A stretch of 64,000 nucleotides of DNA from an uncultured Bacilli bacterium (GTDB lineage Bacteria; Bacillota_I; Bacilli_A; RFN20; CAG-826). The stretch covers positions 7,535-71,534 of the forward strand of contig CAVRMZ010000001.1 of NCBI GenBank assembly GCA_963722445.1, read 5' to 3'. The notes beneath the pieces are model-generated. The model worked only from the letters and a program-made list of their open reading frames with translations. It did no database searches and was not told the origin of the DNA. This document shows positions 9,634-20,264 of this stretch, piece after piece (within the stretch, counting starts at the first letter, position 1; each line of letters opens with the position of its first letter). Made by a program: the position numbers and the translations under genes.

Positions 9634-10202
9634 GTTTGCTGTTCCTTGTATTCTTTGAGAAGACCCCTAAAGGCATCATCGAGAAGCTGACTGATTTCCT
9701 CGGGTTTGAATCTCATGTAGCGCGTCGCGATCATCGTGGCGATGCCATGGGTGAAAATCCACATTTCGAAGTGGAACTTTTTGGCTCTTTTCGGATCAAG
9801 GCCGGTCCGCTTGCCGATTTCCGCAATGATGTAGTCCTCGTTGTCATCGACTTTGTCGGCATCCTTTTCCGTTAGGCTCGTGTCTCGCATGAAAAGGAGT
9901 TTGAAAAGCTCAGGCTCCTCGATGGCGAAACGGATGTAATAAACCCCCACGGCTTTGTAAGGAGGATATTCGGTGGCTTTTTTGCTTGAGGCGATGTAAT
10001 CGTTATACGTTTCATTGGCCCGTTTTATCACAGCGTCTTTAAGCCTAGTGATCGTGCCAAAGTCGTAGTAGACGGGCTGAAGTGAGCATTTCAGCTCTTT
10101 TCCGATGCGCCGCGCAGTGACCGCGGCGATGCCTTCTTTCTGGGTTATCGCGAAGGCGCATTCAACAATTTGGTCCATAGTCACCTTGATTTTTCCAGCC
10201 AT
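9621..10202 (-). CDS. TetR/AcrR-family transcriptional regulator
   Basis: The ATG at 10202 gives [17 protein letters not shown]... with [23 protein letters not shown]. The ORF-track N-terminal extension to 10484 is not protein-like. The 3' end overlaps the ABC ATPase start by 13 nt. Confidence 0.85.
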   Translation of the reverse strand: MAGKIKVTMDQIVECAFAITQKEGIAAVTARRIGKELKCSLQPVYYDFGTITRLKDAVIKRANETYNDYIASSKKATEYPPYKAVGVYYIRFAIEEPELFKLLFMRDTSLTEKDADKVDDNEDYIIAEIGKRTGLDPKRAKKFHFEMWIFTHGIATMIATRYMRFKPEEISQLLDDAFRGLLKEYKEQQTCLK

Positions 10203-10223
10203 GTCTCTAGCCTCCAAATGATA

Positions 10224-10241
10224 ATGTATCAATAGATACAT
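10224..10241. promoter_or_regulatory. candidate TetR operator (perfect palindrome ATGTATC-AATA-GATACAT)
   Basis: 7+7 bp inverted repeat 22 nt upstream of the TetR start. Further GATACA-like half sites follow at 10250-10260. Confidence 0.45.
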
Positions 10242-10332
10242 ATCTAATGATACAAGATACTTTGAAGGCCTCTCTTTGTCAACGCTTTTCCACATGGTAA
10301 AAATGAAAAGCTGTTGCTTTTTGCAAAGAAAT

Positions 10333-11934
10333 TTATGAAGCTGTTTCGCTTCTGGTTTTTGAAGGAGCGGATTCAACGCTCGTTTGCCAGATCTGATTCG
10401 CCAACTCAGGGTGGTCAATGAAGGGATTCCGATTGCCTTGGTAACCATAGATCCGGTTATTCCGTTGGGTTTCAAAGGCATCAACAGGGTCTTCCTTGTT
10501 CCATAGGAGAAGCGCGCTCAGTTTGCCCATGGAGACGGTATCGCTCCCATCAAGGAGATCATCAAGGGTCAAACCCTTATAGCGGACATCCATATAGAAA
10601 AGGATACGGGCGACGTCGCCTCGGAAATCCCCCGTATAAGCGTGGTGCCCATTTAAACCTGACGTGATATTGGGGAATAAGGTTGTCGAAGTATTCGTTT
10701 CATCAAAGAACTTGTCGCTATGAAAGCCGTTGGACAAAGGGCAAGCTACACGCAAGTTGTGGAGATCCGTGGCCTGACTTTTGTCATTATCGCCAGGACG
10801 AGGATTGACGCCGCCTAACTGCATTTGGGCGCAGCACCAGACATGCTCCCGATTCCAGGAAGCTCCGCCATCCCATGTCGCATAAATGCTATCGCCATCC
10901 CACATCCCATAATCGTAACCGGTTTTAGCGGGATTTTCGTCGGTGTACTGTAACATGGTTTTAGCGTTCCCATAGTTTGTCATCGTCATGACGGACACTT
11001 TTGCTCTTAATTCGTTCACTAAAGGATTGCCAATCAAGGCGAGATCCAAGCCGGAATAATAAGCCTCAGCGGTGGAAGGCGAATAATTTGCAATCGGGAT
11101 GCCATTGATTCCTGGCGTTACTGGACTTGCGGAGGTATCATCGGAATAAATCGAAAAGTCGACAGCGGAAGGGACGCTGACGGTGAAAGAGAGCGAATTG
11201 AAGTAAATGGCTCGCGCCGAGGAGCGCAGGGTCAAAGAAAAGCTGGTGCTTGCGGCCGATAGATTTTCCTTTGAATAGGTGGTTTGGGTCGGTGTCGAGA
11301 AATCGTCACTTGCAGAATAATCTCCGAAAGCGACCGTATAAGAAGCCGCTCCACTCGTTGCGGTGCAAAGTTCAAAGGCATAAGAGTTAACGATGATGCC
11401 TTCGGGGAAACTAGTACTTAAGATCCAGGCCGAGCTTTGAGGAGTGGCTTTGGAACCGATTTGAACGCCTTGGGCTGCCCCGCCAAGGTACGCGAATTTG
11501 GAATAAGCCCAAGCCAAGCCGTTGATTATGGCGGTAGTTCCACCGTCCTTAACGAAATCTCCCATTTTGAAAGTATGAGAATAAGTCGCTTCATAGGCGT
11601 TGGCTTTGAAGATAGCTTTGAGAACTACATTTCTCTCAAGGACGAATTCGTAGTTTTCTGAAGAAAAAACCAGCGTTTCGTTTTCGTAATAACCTTGGAA
11701 AGAATAATCATCGTCTGGAATGGCCTTTAAAGAAATGGTGGTGCCATTTTCATAAGACCCGTTTGGCATTCCAGAGACATTTCCGTTGCCTTCTGTGCTT
11801 AAAGAAAAAGAAAAGCGGGTTATTTCTGAACCGGAAGAAGTTGAAGAATCAGGCAAAACAGTAACGTTTCCGCAAGAGGCTAAAACAAAAACAGCAAAAA
11901 TCGCGAAAAGCAGCTTTGCATATTTTTTCTTCAT
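10333..11934 (-). CDS. surface lipoprotein with C-terminal Endonuclease I-family nuclease domain
   Basis: Lipobox signal MKKKYAKLLFAIFAVFVLASC. Nuclease motifs NREHVW, DLHNLRVA, GDVARILFYMDVRY and NRNPFIDHPE. Also carries an N-terminal region of about 330 aa that is not nuclease-like. Confidence 0.8.
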   Translation of the reverse strand: MKKKYAKLLFAIFAVFVLASCGNVTVLPDSSTSSGSEITRFSFSLSTEGNGNVSGMPNGSYENGTTISLKAIPDDDYSFQGYYENETLVFSSENYEFVLERNVVLKAIFKANAYEATYSHTFKMGDFVKDGGTTAIINGLAWAYSKFAYLGGAAQGVQIGSKATPQSSAWILSTSFPEGIIVNSYAFELCTATSGAASYTVAFGDYSASDDFSTPTQTTYSKENLSAASTSFSLTLRSSARAIYFNSLSFTVSVPSAVDFSIYSDDTSASPVTPGINGIPIANYSPSTAEAYYSGLDLALIGNPLVNELRAKVSVMTMTNYGNAKTMLQYTDENPAKTGYDYGMWDGDSIYATWDGGASWNREHVWCCAQMQLGGVNPRPGDNDKSQATDLHNLRVACPLSNGFHSDKFFDETNTSTTLFPNITSGLNGHHAYTGDFRGDVARILFYMDVRYKGLTLDDLLDGSDTVSMGKLSALLLWNKEDPVDAFETQRNNRIYGYQGNRNPFIDHPELANQIWQTSVESAPSKTRSETAS

Positions 11935-12208
11935 TCTAAACGCTCCTTTATAAAAGCAGATATATTTTAGAAACTTCTTGCGGATAATGCTATTGATTTA
12001 AAGCTTTATTAGTCAAAGAATATAACTGTTTTGAAAACGAAAACACTTTTATTTTAGGCTAGTGCCTTTTAGAATCGGTATTCGAAAGCGGGGTGGTTTT
12101 CATGAAAAAGTCAAATCTTTGTCACAAAACCACCTGGGCTCTTATCGAAAAATAGGCCTTTTGTTCCCTCTTGGCTTTTGGCGCTTGCGAAAGGCTTAAA
12201 AGGAAACA

Positions 12209-12661
12209 ATGGAATATCAATATTTATCTCACTATGACGATTCTTCTTTTAAAATGGCGTTTTGCCAATATTTCCAAGAATTGGGAATAAGCCTTTCGCC
12301 CGATAATGACGTTTTCCTGGAGATGGGAAAAGAAGGCAAGAAAAAGCTGAAGACCCTTCTTGTTCTTGAAGGCAAGGAAATCATTGGGTTCGCCATGTAT
12401 CAGGAAGATGGTCTGACCAACTGGTTTTTCGTGGAAAAAATAGGATTCATTCGGGAGTTCTGGATAAAAAAAGACCAACGGAAAAAAAGAATCGGATCGT
12501 CTCTTCTTCAGATGGTTTTGATCGATCTCAAAAAGAAGGGCGTTCGAAAGATCCTCTTAACCACGGATATGGCTGCCGTCTTCTATGAAAAAAATGGATT
12601 TAGCGAAGACAAAAGCTATTCCGCCAAAAACGAAGACCCGGTTTATTTTTGCTTACTTTGA
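12209..12661 (+). CDS. GNAT-family acetyltransferase
   Basis: 150 aa. Acetyl-CoA binding region QRKKRIGSSLLQMVLIDLKKKG. RBS AAAGGAAAC lies upstream. Confidence 0.7.
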   Translation: MEYQYLSHYDDSSFKMAFCQYFQELGISLSPDNDVFLEMGKEGKKKLKTLLVLEGKEIIGFAMYQEDGLTNWFFVEKIGFIREFWIKKDQRKKRIGSSLLQMVLIDLKKKGVRKILLTTDMAAVFYEKNGFSEDKSYSAKNEDPVYFCLL

Positions 12662-12840
12662 CGGCCCGGTTTATTTGCAAAAAACGAAGTTTTCGCAATT
12701 TGAACGCCTTTTTGCTTCGTTTTTAAGTTCATTTCCGCGATTCTAAGCGAAGTTAGGCCAATAGTTTTATAATAAAACAGCTTATCCGAATATCATCCTT
12801 AACTGACTTATATGAAACCTTTCAAAGGAGACGAAAAACA

Positions 12841-13764
12841 ATGGCGATTGAAATACTGGTCGATTCCGCCAGCGGAATAACCGCTGCCGAGGCTCAGGAA
12901 AGAGGACTTCTTTTCGTTCCGCTTTCCGTCACGGTCGGAGGGCAGACCTTCAGCGAAGGGGTTGATATTACCCCGGATCAGTTCTATTCCTTATTGGGAC
13001 ATGGGGATTTTCCAAAAACGAGCCAGCCCTCTCCGCAGGCCTATCTGGACTGCTATCTCGCCGCGGAAGAAAAAAAAGACGACGTTCTTGTCATCTCTCT
13101 TTCCAGCAAAATATCAGGGGCTTATCAGTCCGCGGTAATCGCCCGGGAAATGTCGGGCTATGCCGATCATATTCGGATTGTGGACAGCCTTTGCTTCTTT
13201 GCGGGTTCGCGGATTCTTCTTAAGGAAGCCCTTGATAAAAGAGAAACGCTTCCGTTAGAGGCCTTAGCGGAGGATCTCGAAGCTATCGTCAAGAAAATTC
13301 GGGTCTACGCCGGAATGGATACGCTGGATTATGTTTATAAGGGCGGGCGCCTCTCGAAATTCCATTACGCGTTAGGAATTTTCCTGCACGCCAAAGCCAT
13401 CGGGACGCTCGATGAAGGCGCCGTCGTCTTGGCAGGCAAAGCCTTAGGCACCAAAAACGCCATGAAATTCGTCATCGACAAATTGCACGACGATCCGATC
13501 GATTTTTCGTACCCTTGTTATCCTTTATACTCCAGCGATAAGAACGTCCTCGATCGTTTCATGAAAGAATATCTCCTTCCGGCCTTTCCTAACGCTCCCT
13601 TTATGGAACCGCTTCAAATCAACCCGGTGATCGGAAGCCATATCGGGCCTCTTGTTTATGGAGCCTTCTATGTGCGAACCCCGCTTCCGGAAAAGAAGCC
13701 CACCCTTCTTGAAAAGGTTTCCGAATCCTTTCACGAGAAACTGCAGGATTTTAAGAAGAAATAG
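12841..13764 (+). CDS. DegV-family fatty-acid-binding protein
   Basis: 307 aa. EILVDSASGI N-terminus and the SLSSKISGAYQSA motif are typical of DegV. RBS AAAGGAG lies upstream. Confidence 0.85.
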   Translation: MAIEILVDSASGITAAEAQERGLLFVPLSVTVGGQTFSEGVDITPDQFYSLLGHGDFPKTSQPSPQAYLDCYLAAEEKKDDVLVISLSSKISGAYQSAVIAREMSGYADHIRIVDSLCFFAGSRILLKEALDKRETLPLEALAEDLEAIVKKIRVYAGMDTLDYVYKGGRLSKFHYALGIFLHAKAIGTLDEGAVVLAGKALGTKNAMKFVIDKLHDDPIDFSYPCYPLYSSDKNVLDRFMKEYLLPAFPNAPFMEPLQINPVIGSHIGPLVYGAFYVRTPLPEKKPTLLEKVSESFHEKLQDFKKK

Positions 13765-13780
13765 CCTTAAGCGCCAAGAA

Positions 13781-13814
13781 AAAGGGCTTCGTCGAGGACG
13801 GAGCCCTTTTGTTT
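13781..13814. terminator. bidirectional rho-independent terminator between convergent genes
   Basis: Hairpin AAAGGGCT-T-CGTC-GAG-GACG-G-AGCCCTTT, flanked by an A-run and a T-run. Confidence 0.65.
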
Positions 13815-16177
13815 TATTCGGTTCGGAGAGCGATCACTGGGTCTTGCTTGGCGGCCTTGCGGGCCGGGAGCAAACCCGATAAGAGGGTTAAGCCGATGCT
13901 GACGAGAACCAGAACAAGGGCATATAGAGGATTCAGCTCAGCTAAATTGCTGATGCCTAATAATTGAGAGCCAATGATGTTGGCGGGTATCTCTAATAGA
14001 TAAGCGATGAGAACGCCTAGAACGCCGGCAAAACTTCCGATGATGAAGGTTTCGGCGTTGAACACCCGCGTGACATCCTTTTTGCGGGCTCCGATGCTGC
14101 GAAGAATTCCGATTTCTTTCGTTCTCTCGAGAACCGATACGCTCGTGATGATGGCAATCATGATCGACGAAACCACAAGCGATATGGCGGTGAAACCAAT
14201 CAAAACGTAGGTGATGACATTAACGACGGATCCCAAAGTTTCGCTGATAAGTTCGGAAAGGTCGGTATAAGTGATCATATCGGCTGTCGCCTTGCCCGTG
14301 TTATAAGCATCAAGGACTTTCTCAATTTTGGCTTTCGCATCCAAATCAGTTGGGTAAATGCTGATTTCATTCGGAAGGTCATTTCCGCCTAAAGAGCGAA
14401 GTTCTGCTTTGTATTGCTCATCCGCCGTGCTGATCAAAGAAGCCTGATAAACCTCACCGGTGAAAGGATTGACCTTGGGGTTAGCCTTCATGAAGGTGAC
14501 GATCGAAGAATTCAAATTAGCGGTCTGCATATCCGCATAGAGGTCTTTCGTATAGGCAACGCCGGTCGAAAGGACGCCGCCTTGGGTTTTGGCGTTGATA
14601 CGGATGATTCCGGAAATCGAAACGGTTTTTGCTGAGGGGAAAGCGATATCGAGCGGAGACATCGCGACGTAATGGGAGCCTGACATTTCGTATTCAAGGT
14701 CATTCGGGACAATTTTGTATTCCTTGCCTAAGATATCGGAGAAGCTGTATTTCGTGGTGGTGTCGCCAGCATTAAGAAGCCCTAGAGAAACAAGGGTCTT
14801 ATCTGGGATTTGGTTCGTTTTATCCACAACGATGGCGATTTGGCTCTTATCGGTGGGATAGGAACCCGCTAAGACATCATATTGGGATTGGATAAAGCTA
14901 TCCTTTAAAAGCATCTGCCAAGGCGTTGAAGAGAACAAAGAGGAGTAAACCGAAGAAGAACTCGAGACCGTGGTTTCCGAAAGTTTGGAATAGTTTGTGG
15001 CTCCGGGAACGATGTTATATACATCAAGATTCAGCCCGGTTTTATAAAGGATGTCACTGTACCAAGAGGGCCCCAGATTGGTCTTGAGATAATTAATGTA
15101 CTCTTGGGTGATGTTGTTTTTGTTCGTATAATCGGCCGCGGTTTTGGTTTTCTCCACGTAAATCTCTTGAGCGTTTGGAAAAGAGGGCAGCGTTTCGGTC
15201 GCGCTGGCCTTCATCGCCTGCGTTATATTGATCGAAGAATCGCTAATGGTGAGAGGGTTGCTCGAAAGGGTATCGCTCGTCAGTTTCGTGATGTAGTTAT
15301 TGACGCCCGAAGAAACCGCCAAAATCAAAGCAATGCCAACGATGCCGATGCTGCCGGCGATCGCGGTCATGATCGTCCGTCTTTTTTTCGTCATCAGATT
15401 CCGGCCGCTTAAGGAAAGGGCGGTGAAAAAAGACATTTGGGATTTCTTATTGCCGATGGGCTTCGGCTCGCTCTTGTCCGGAAGGACTTTGGCTATGGCA
15501 GTTTCTGGAGCGGAATCCGATGTGATTAAGCCGTCGAGCATCGTGATTTTTCGCGTTGAATAGCGCGCCGCGAGATCGGGATTGTGGGTCACCATGATCA
15601 CAAGACGATTCACGGATACCCTTTGGACAATCTTCATGATTTGTTCGCTTGTCACGGTATCCAGGGCTCCCGTGGGTTCATCCGCTAAGAGAATCTCAGG
15701 GTTGTTGACAAGAGCTCGGGCAATCGCGACGCGCTGCATTTGCCCTCCCGAAAGCTGATTGGGCATCTTATCCTTCTCATCGCTTAGTCCAACTTCCGCC
15801 AAAGCGGCTTCCGACCGCTCTATCCGCTCTTTTTTGGAAACGCCAGATAACGTTAAGGCTAACTCGACGTTGCCTAAAACCGTCAGATGGCCGATGAGGT
15901 TATAGCTTTGAAAAATAAAACCGATTTTCTTATTTCGGTAGTTATCCCAATCGGCGTCGGTAAAATTTTTGGTGGATTTGCCATCAACGAGAATGTCGCC
16001 TGAGCTGGCCTTGTCGAGCCCGCCGATGAGATTCATCAACGTGGTTTTGCCACAGCCAGAAGGACCTAAAATGGCGACGAACTCGCCATCCTTGAACGTG
16101 GCTGAAAGTCCTTTGAGAGCATGGACAGGATTATTTCCCAACCAGTAGTCTTTCGTAATGTTTTTTAATTCGATCAT
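13814..16177 (-). CDS. MacB-like fused ABC transporter (ATPase + FtsX permease)
   Basis: 787 aa. N-terminal [24 protein letters not shown] and [12 protein letters not shown] large extracytoplasmic middle domain. C-terminal FtsX-type TM bundle. RBS GGAGG. Confidence 0.85.
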   Translation of the reverse strand: MIELKNITKDYWLGNNPVHALKGLSATFKDGEFVAILGPSGCGKTTLMNLIGGLDKASSGDILVDGKSTKNFTDADWDNYRNKKIGFIFQSYNLIGHLTVLGNVELALTLSGVSKKERIERSEAALAEVGLSDEKDKMPNQLSGGQMQRVAIARALVNNPEILLADEPTGALDTVTSEQIMKIVQRVSVNRLVIMVTHNPDLAARYSTRKITMLDGLITSDSAPETAIAKVLPDKSEPKPIGNKKSQMSFFTALSLSGRNLMTKKRRTIMTAIAGSIGIVGIALILAVSSGVNNYITKLTSDTLSSNPLTISDSSINITQAMKASATETLPSFPNAQEIYVEKTKTAADYTNKNNITQEYINYLKTNLGPSWYSDILYKTGLNLDVYNIVPGATNYSKLSETTVSSSSSVYSSLFSSTPWQMLLKDSFIQSQYDVLAGSYPTDKSQIAIVVDKTNQIPDKTLVSLGLLNAGDTTTKYSFSDILGKEYKIVPNDLEYEMSGSHYVAMSPLDIAFPSAKTVSISGIIRINAKTQGGVLSTGVAYTKDLYADMQTANLNSSIVTFMKANPKVNPFTGEVYQASLISTADEQYKAELRSLGGNDLPNEISIYPTDLDAKAKIEKVLDAYNTGKATADMITYTDLSELISETLGSVVNVITYVLIGFTAISLVVSSIMIAIITSVSVLERTKEIGILRSIGARKKDVTRVFNAETFIIGSFAGVLGVLIAYLLEIPANIIGSQLLGISNLAELNPLYALVLVLVSIGLTLLSGLLPARKAAKQDPVIALRTE

Positions 16178-16989
16178 GTTTGTTGCCTCCGATTAGGCCG
16201 CGGCTTTCCTAAACATGGCGGCTCCCACTATCTTGGAATGCTGAAGTTTTTTCCTAGTGGATGCTTTTTAAGAAAGCACCTATGTTGTCCCCTATTCAAG
16301 GTTAAGGAACAATAAAGACGCTGATAATAGCGGTTACATAGCAAAAGTTTAAATTATTCGATTAGGGGGAAACCAACAAAGCCTATTCGAAAGGACAATT
16401 CAGTTTAAAGTTACAAAAGCATGAACGAAGCGTAAAATATTTAAAAAGAAAACGAGAGAGCCAAGAGAAAATGGGGTATTGGTTTGCCGTTTACAAGCGC
16501 CCGCGTTGGTATATGTTCGGGTGGTGCTTTTTCTTTTACTGATTTATGGATTTCTTTTTGCCATGCTTGTCAAAGCCCTTTCAGGCTTCGTTGATAGCGC
16601 CGTTGCCAATAGCAATGAGGCGGCTTCGGTCTCTTTGCCTTTTTGGATACGGACGAAACCGCGCAGGTTCAAGCCGCTCAATCCGATCTTAATACTATCA
16701 TCGTCTTCGGATCGCTGATTTTAGGGGCTTTGGCATTGTGAAACTGGCCAAGAAAAAAGAAGAGATTATGGGTGAAGAAATCATCACCCATTAACCAGCG
16801 CGCCGAGCGGCCTATTTTCCTAATAAAGATCTGAATAGTGGAGATCTTCTTATTAGTTGATTTGCTATGTGGCGATAAAGGCTTTTGACCAATAGGCGCT
16901 ATGCGGAACACTTAGTTTTCGCAGTCTAACCCGCTAACCGAATTTCTTTGGGCCGCCGCTAGCGAACAAAAACGAGAGCATTATTTTCT

Positions 16990-17577
16990 CTACTTGGCGC
17001 CAACTTTTTTGATGATGTGGCAGTGCCGGCACCGAGGTTCGTAACTCTCGCTGGCTCCCACGAGGACGATAGGGTCATCATAGGTGGCGGGCTCTCCGTT
17101 GACCATGCGCTGCGTCATGGTGGCGGGCTCTCCGCATTTGACGCAGATCGCAGTGAGTTTTGTGACGAAATCGGCCTTGGCCAATAATTCGGCAGTAACC
17201 ATGAAGGCTTCGCCCCTGAAATCCATATCGAGGCCTCCGACGATGACGCGGACTCCGCGATTGGCCAGCGTTTCGAGAACATCGACGATGGAACGATCAA
17301 AAAACTGAACCTCATCCACGACAACGGCATCCGTTTTGGGCTCAACGTATTGGAGAATTTGGCTTGGATGGGCGATGGGGATGGCCTTGACTTTGTTTTG
17401 AAGATGGCTCACGACATCATCTTTGCTGTAGCGGTTATCAATCTGTGGTTTGAAGACCACGACGTTTTTATGGGCATACTCCAAGCGATGAATCCGCCGA
17501 ATGAGCTCTTCGCTCTTACCGGCGAACATCGGGCCTGTGACAACTTCAATCCAACCCGGATCTTTGATGTTTTCCAT
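16990..17577 (-). CDS. tdk: thymidine kinase
   Basis: P-loop [20 protein letters not shown], and C-terminal zinc motif CVKCGEPA...CRHCH. Confidence 0.95.
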   Translation of the reverse strand: MENIKDPGWIEVVTGPMFAGKSEELIRRIHRLEYAHKNVVVFKPQIDNRYSKDDVVSHLQNKVKAIPIAHPSQILQYVEPKTDAVVVDEVQFFDRSIVDVLETLANRGVRVIVGGLDMDFRGEAFMVTAELLAKADFVTKLTAICVKCGEPATMTQRMVNGEPATYDDPIVLVGASESYEPRCRHCHIIKKVGAK

Positions 17578-18051
17578 GTGCCTTCACCTCATAGGGCAAT
17601 CCCATTCCCTTGCAAGGAAGGCTTGCCATTCCCGAAACCGCTATTCAATATAGTCAAATCAATGCTTTATTTCAATTCGAATAAAACCAAGCAGAAGAAA
17701 CCTTCCTGAACTTTCTCACAAAAGAATAAATCCGCATCGTTGATCGATTATTCAAGGAATACGTTCTGACGTCAATAGCAGAGCTTCCTATCAATGTCTC
17801 GATGAAAAGCCATTTTTATATCAATAAACCGGTAAAAATATATTTTATCGGTAATTCGGTAGATGTTAAAAAATATGTCTCTATAATTGACCGGTAAAAA
17901 GAGTTACAGGAATGTTTTTCAAACAAATGAATACGAAAATTGGAATAAAGCCCGATTTTGGCTATGGCTACGCGAAAATTGTCTCTTTGACTCCTAGGAC
18001 AACAATGTCGTGCGGCTTTTTCGCCCTTATTTAAGCCCGCGGGTTTGCGAA

Positions 18052-19059
18052 ATGGATAAAAAAATCATTTGTTTTGGGGTTTGCGATCCTGAAAAACGGA
18101 TTTTCTTGGAACTTGAAGCCAAATATGGCTATGAGTTTTTTCTTAAAAACCAAGGTCTTAGCGATTGCAATTACGAGGAGGCGCTAGGCCATGGCATCGT
18201 GATGCTTTGTGGCAACTGTTATGTCACGCGCCCTTTTCTAAAGAAGCTCTATGAAGGCGGCTTGAAGTATTGCCTTATTTGCGGGTCAAACTATGGCCAA
18301 AAAGATATCATGGCCTTTAAGCAATTAGGCATCAAGACGGTTTTCGTTCCGGAATGTTCTTCTTTTGCCATTAGTGAATTGGCGGTGACCTTGGCTCTGG
18401 CCTTGCTCCGTAACGTGGCCTATGCCCTCAATAACACCAGCAAGGGGGATTTCCGGGTCACCGAGGCCATGTTCTCCAAAGAGATTCGGGAGTGTGTCGT
18501 TGGAATTATCGGCTGTGGGAGCATGGGTTATTCAACGGCGAGACTGTTCAAGAGTTTAGGAGCCAATATCCTCGCTTATGACCTTAATCCGAACCTAAAA
18601 TATCAAGACACGGTAACGTATGCCGATCTCAATGTGCTTTTGTCGGAATCCGATGTGATTTCACTCCATATGGATTATATCCCAGGAAAAAACGACAAAT
18701 TCATTGATGAGAAAAAACTTGCGCTGGCCAAAAACGGGGCAATTCTTATTAATACCGCCCAAGGCGAACTTCTTGATAGCGATGCGGCGGTCAAAGCCAT
18801 CACCGAAGGCCGGCTGGGTGGCTTGGGGCTTGATTCCCTTCCTAATGAGCAAAGTGTTTTCAATCATGTCTTCTCTTCCATCAACGATATTCCCGATCCC
18901 TTAGTTCGCCGAATGCTAGAGCTTTATCCTAAAGTGCTGATCACCCCCCATGTGGCAAGCGCAACGGATGAAGCGCAAAAAGACAGGGTTGAAAAATCCC
19001 TCAGAGTTTTGGAAGAATATCTTGTTGCTGGATCTTGTAAGAATGGTTTGGTTCCATGA
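18052..19059 (+). CDS. D-isomer-specific 2-hydroxyacid dehydrogenase (D-lactate dehydrogenase-like)
   Basis: NAD-binding GIIGCGSMGYS; catalytic region INTAQGELLD...ITPHVASAT. ATG 18052 is preferred over GTG 18010. Confidence 0.85.
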   Translation: MDKKIICFGVCDPEKRIFLELEAKYGYEFFLKNQGLSDCNYEEALGHGIVMLCGNCYVTRPFLKKLYEGGLKYCLICGSNYGQKDIMAFKQLGIKTVFVPECSSFAISELAVTLALALLRNVAYALNNTSKGDFRVTEAMFSKEIRECVVGIIGCGSMGYSTARLFKSLGANILAYDLNPNLKYQDTVTYADLNVLLSESDVISLHMDYIPGKNDKFIDEKKLALAKNGAILINTAQGELLDSDAAVKAITEGRLGGLGLDSLPNEQSVFNHVFSSINDIPDPLVRRMLELYPKVLITPHVASATDEAQKDRVEKSLRVLEEYLVAGSCKNGLVP

Positions 19060-19237
19060 AAAGAGAACTCCCAATCTTGCATTCAAAAGGAAAGCAATCC
19101 AAGGTGAAGGAATCCTAAAATTTGTTTAAATCATTGCAAAAGCCTTTCAAATCGTTTTTTCTTTTGCTCTTGGCTTCTTCAAGATAAAAGGCTTGAAGGT
19201 TCCTTTTTATGCTATTCTAAACACGAGGTTAAAGGAC

Positions 19238-19990
19238 ATGGCTCATTTTGAAGTTGACTTCCTATCCTATTGCCTTGGACGCAGCGTTTCCTTTACCGCA
19301 ATCGTTCCTTCCGCGGCGGCCAGCGATTTGTCCGATTTTAAACGAACGCAATATAAAGACCTCCCTTTGTTGCCTTCGCTTTATCTATTGCACGGATCTC
19401 TCAATGACCATATGGCCTGGGGGCAGTACACTTCCATCGAGCGTTATGCCGAGGAACGGCAAATCGCGGTCTTCATGATGTCGGGGGAAAATCGCGGGTT
19501 CATCAACCGGGGGAAAGACCGTTATTTCGATTTCATCGAAGACGAACTTCCTTCTTTTTGCGAAAGGATGTTTCCGCTCTCGCCCCGAAAAGAGGATCGC
19601 TATATCGCTGGCCTTTCGATGGGAGGGTTTGGAGCTTTTTTCCATGGGCTAAGCAAGCCAGAGCGTTATGCAGCCATCGGCTCTTTTTCAGGCCCGATGA
19701 ATACCAAACTTCCGGAAATAGGCAAAGTGACCCCTCTCATGCTGTTACGGGACGACAAGAAAAACAACGTTCCTTTCCCGCCGATGTTTCTTACGATCGG
19801 GGATAAAGATTTCCTTTATCAAGATAATGTCTATTTTCTCAAGTTTTGCCAAGATAATGGTATAAAAATACACAGCGAGATCATCAAAGGATATGGCCAC
19901 GAATGGCGATTCTGGGATCTCGCTGTGCGACATTTCTTAGATTGGATGCCGCGGACCGACGCTTACGCCGGACACGTCCGAAACATTTAG
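19238..19990 (+). CDS. alpha/beta-hydrolase esterase (tributyrin esterase / esterase D-like)
   Basis: Nucleophile elbow GLSMGGFGA and C-terminal GYGHEW. ATG 19238 has an upstream GAGG. Confidence 0.75.
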   Translation: MAHFEVDFLSYCLGRSVSFTAIVPSAAASDLSDFKRTQYKDLPLLPSLYLLHGSLNDHMAWGQYTSIERYAEERQIAVFMMSGENRGFINRGKDRYFDFIEDELPSFCERMFPLSPRKEDRYIAGLSMGGFGAFFHGLSKPERYAAIGSFSGPMNTKLPEIGKVTPLMLLRDDKKNNVPFPPMFLTIGDKDFLYQDNVYFLKFCQDNGIKIHSEIIKGYGHEWRFWDLAVRHFLDWMPRTDAYAGHVRNI

Positions 19991-20200
19991 TTACGCTCTT
20001 CCGTCGTAAACGTAGCCAGTCCCTTCGAGGGCTTTGGCGAGATCGTTGTCGGTTGGAATGTTTTTGGAGACGAGAATCGCGGTGGCGCTCGCCAAATCCA
20101 CTTTGACGATTTTAACCCCCTTGATTTTTCTTAAAGACTCTTCAACGTGGTTTGCGCAATTCTGGCATACCATTCCTTTGATTTTAATTTTGGTTTCCAT
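19991..20200 (-). CDS. copZ: copper chaperone, heavy-metal-associated domain
   Basis: 69 aa with a GMVCQNCANHVE (MxCxxC) motif, downstream of the copA-like gene. Confidence 0.85.
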   Translation of the reverse strand: METKIKIKGMVCQNCANHVEESLRKIKGVKIVKVDLASATAILVSKNIPTDNDLAKALEGTGYVYDGRA

Positions 20201-20264
20201 AAATAATGCCTTCTTCCGCTATTAGGATAGCATAAAGGGAGAAAACCGCTTTGAGGATGCTCGA

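Noticed and set aside
9621-10484. 287-aa version of the TetR ORF
   Set aside because: The first 94 codons are not protein-like and span the operator/promoter region. ATG 10202 gives a normal 194-aa TetR.
12092-12134. 9-bp inverted repeat GGTGGTTTT / AAAACCACC with a 25-nt loop upstream of the GNAT gene
   Set aside because: The stem is short and the loop large, with no flanking U-run or recognisable motif. It is probably not significant.
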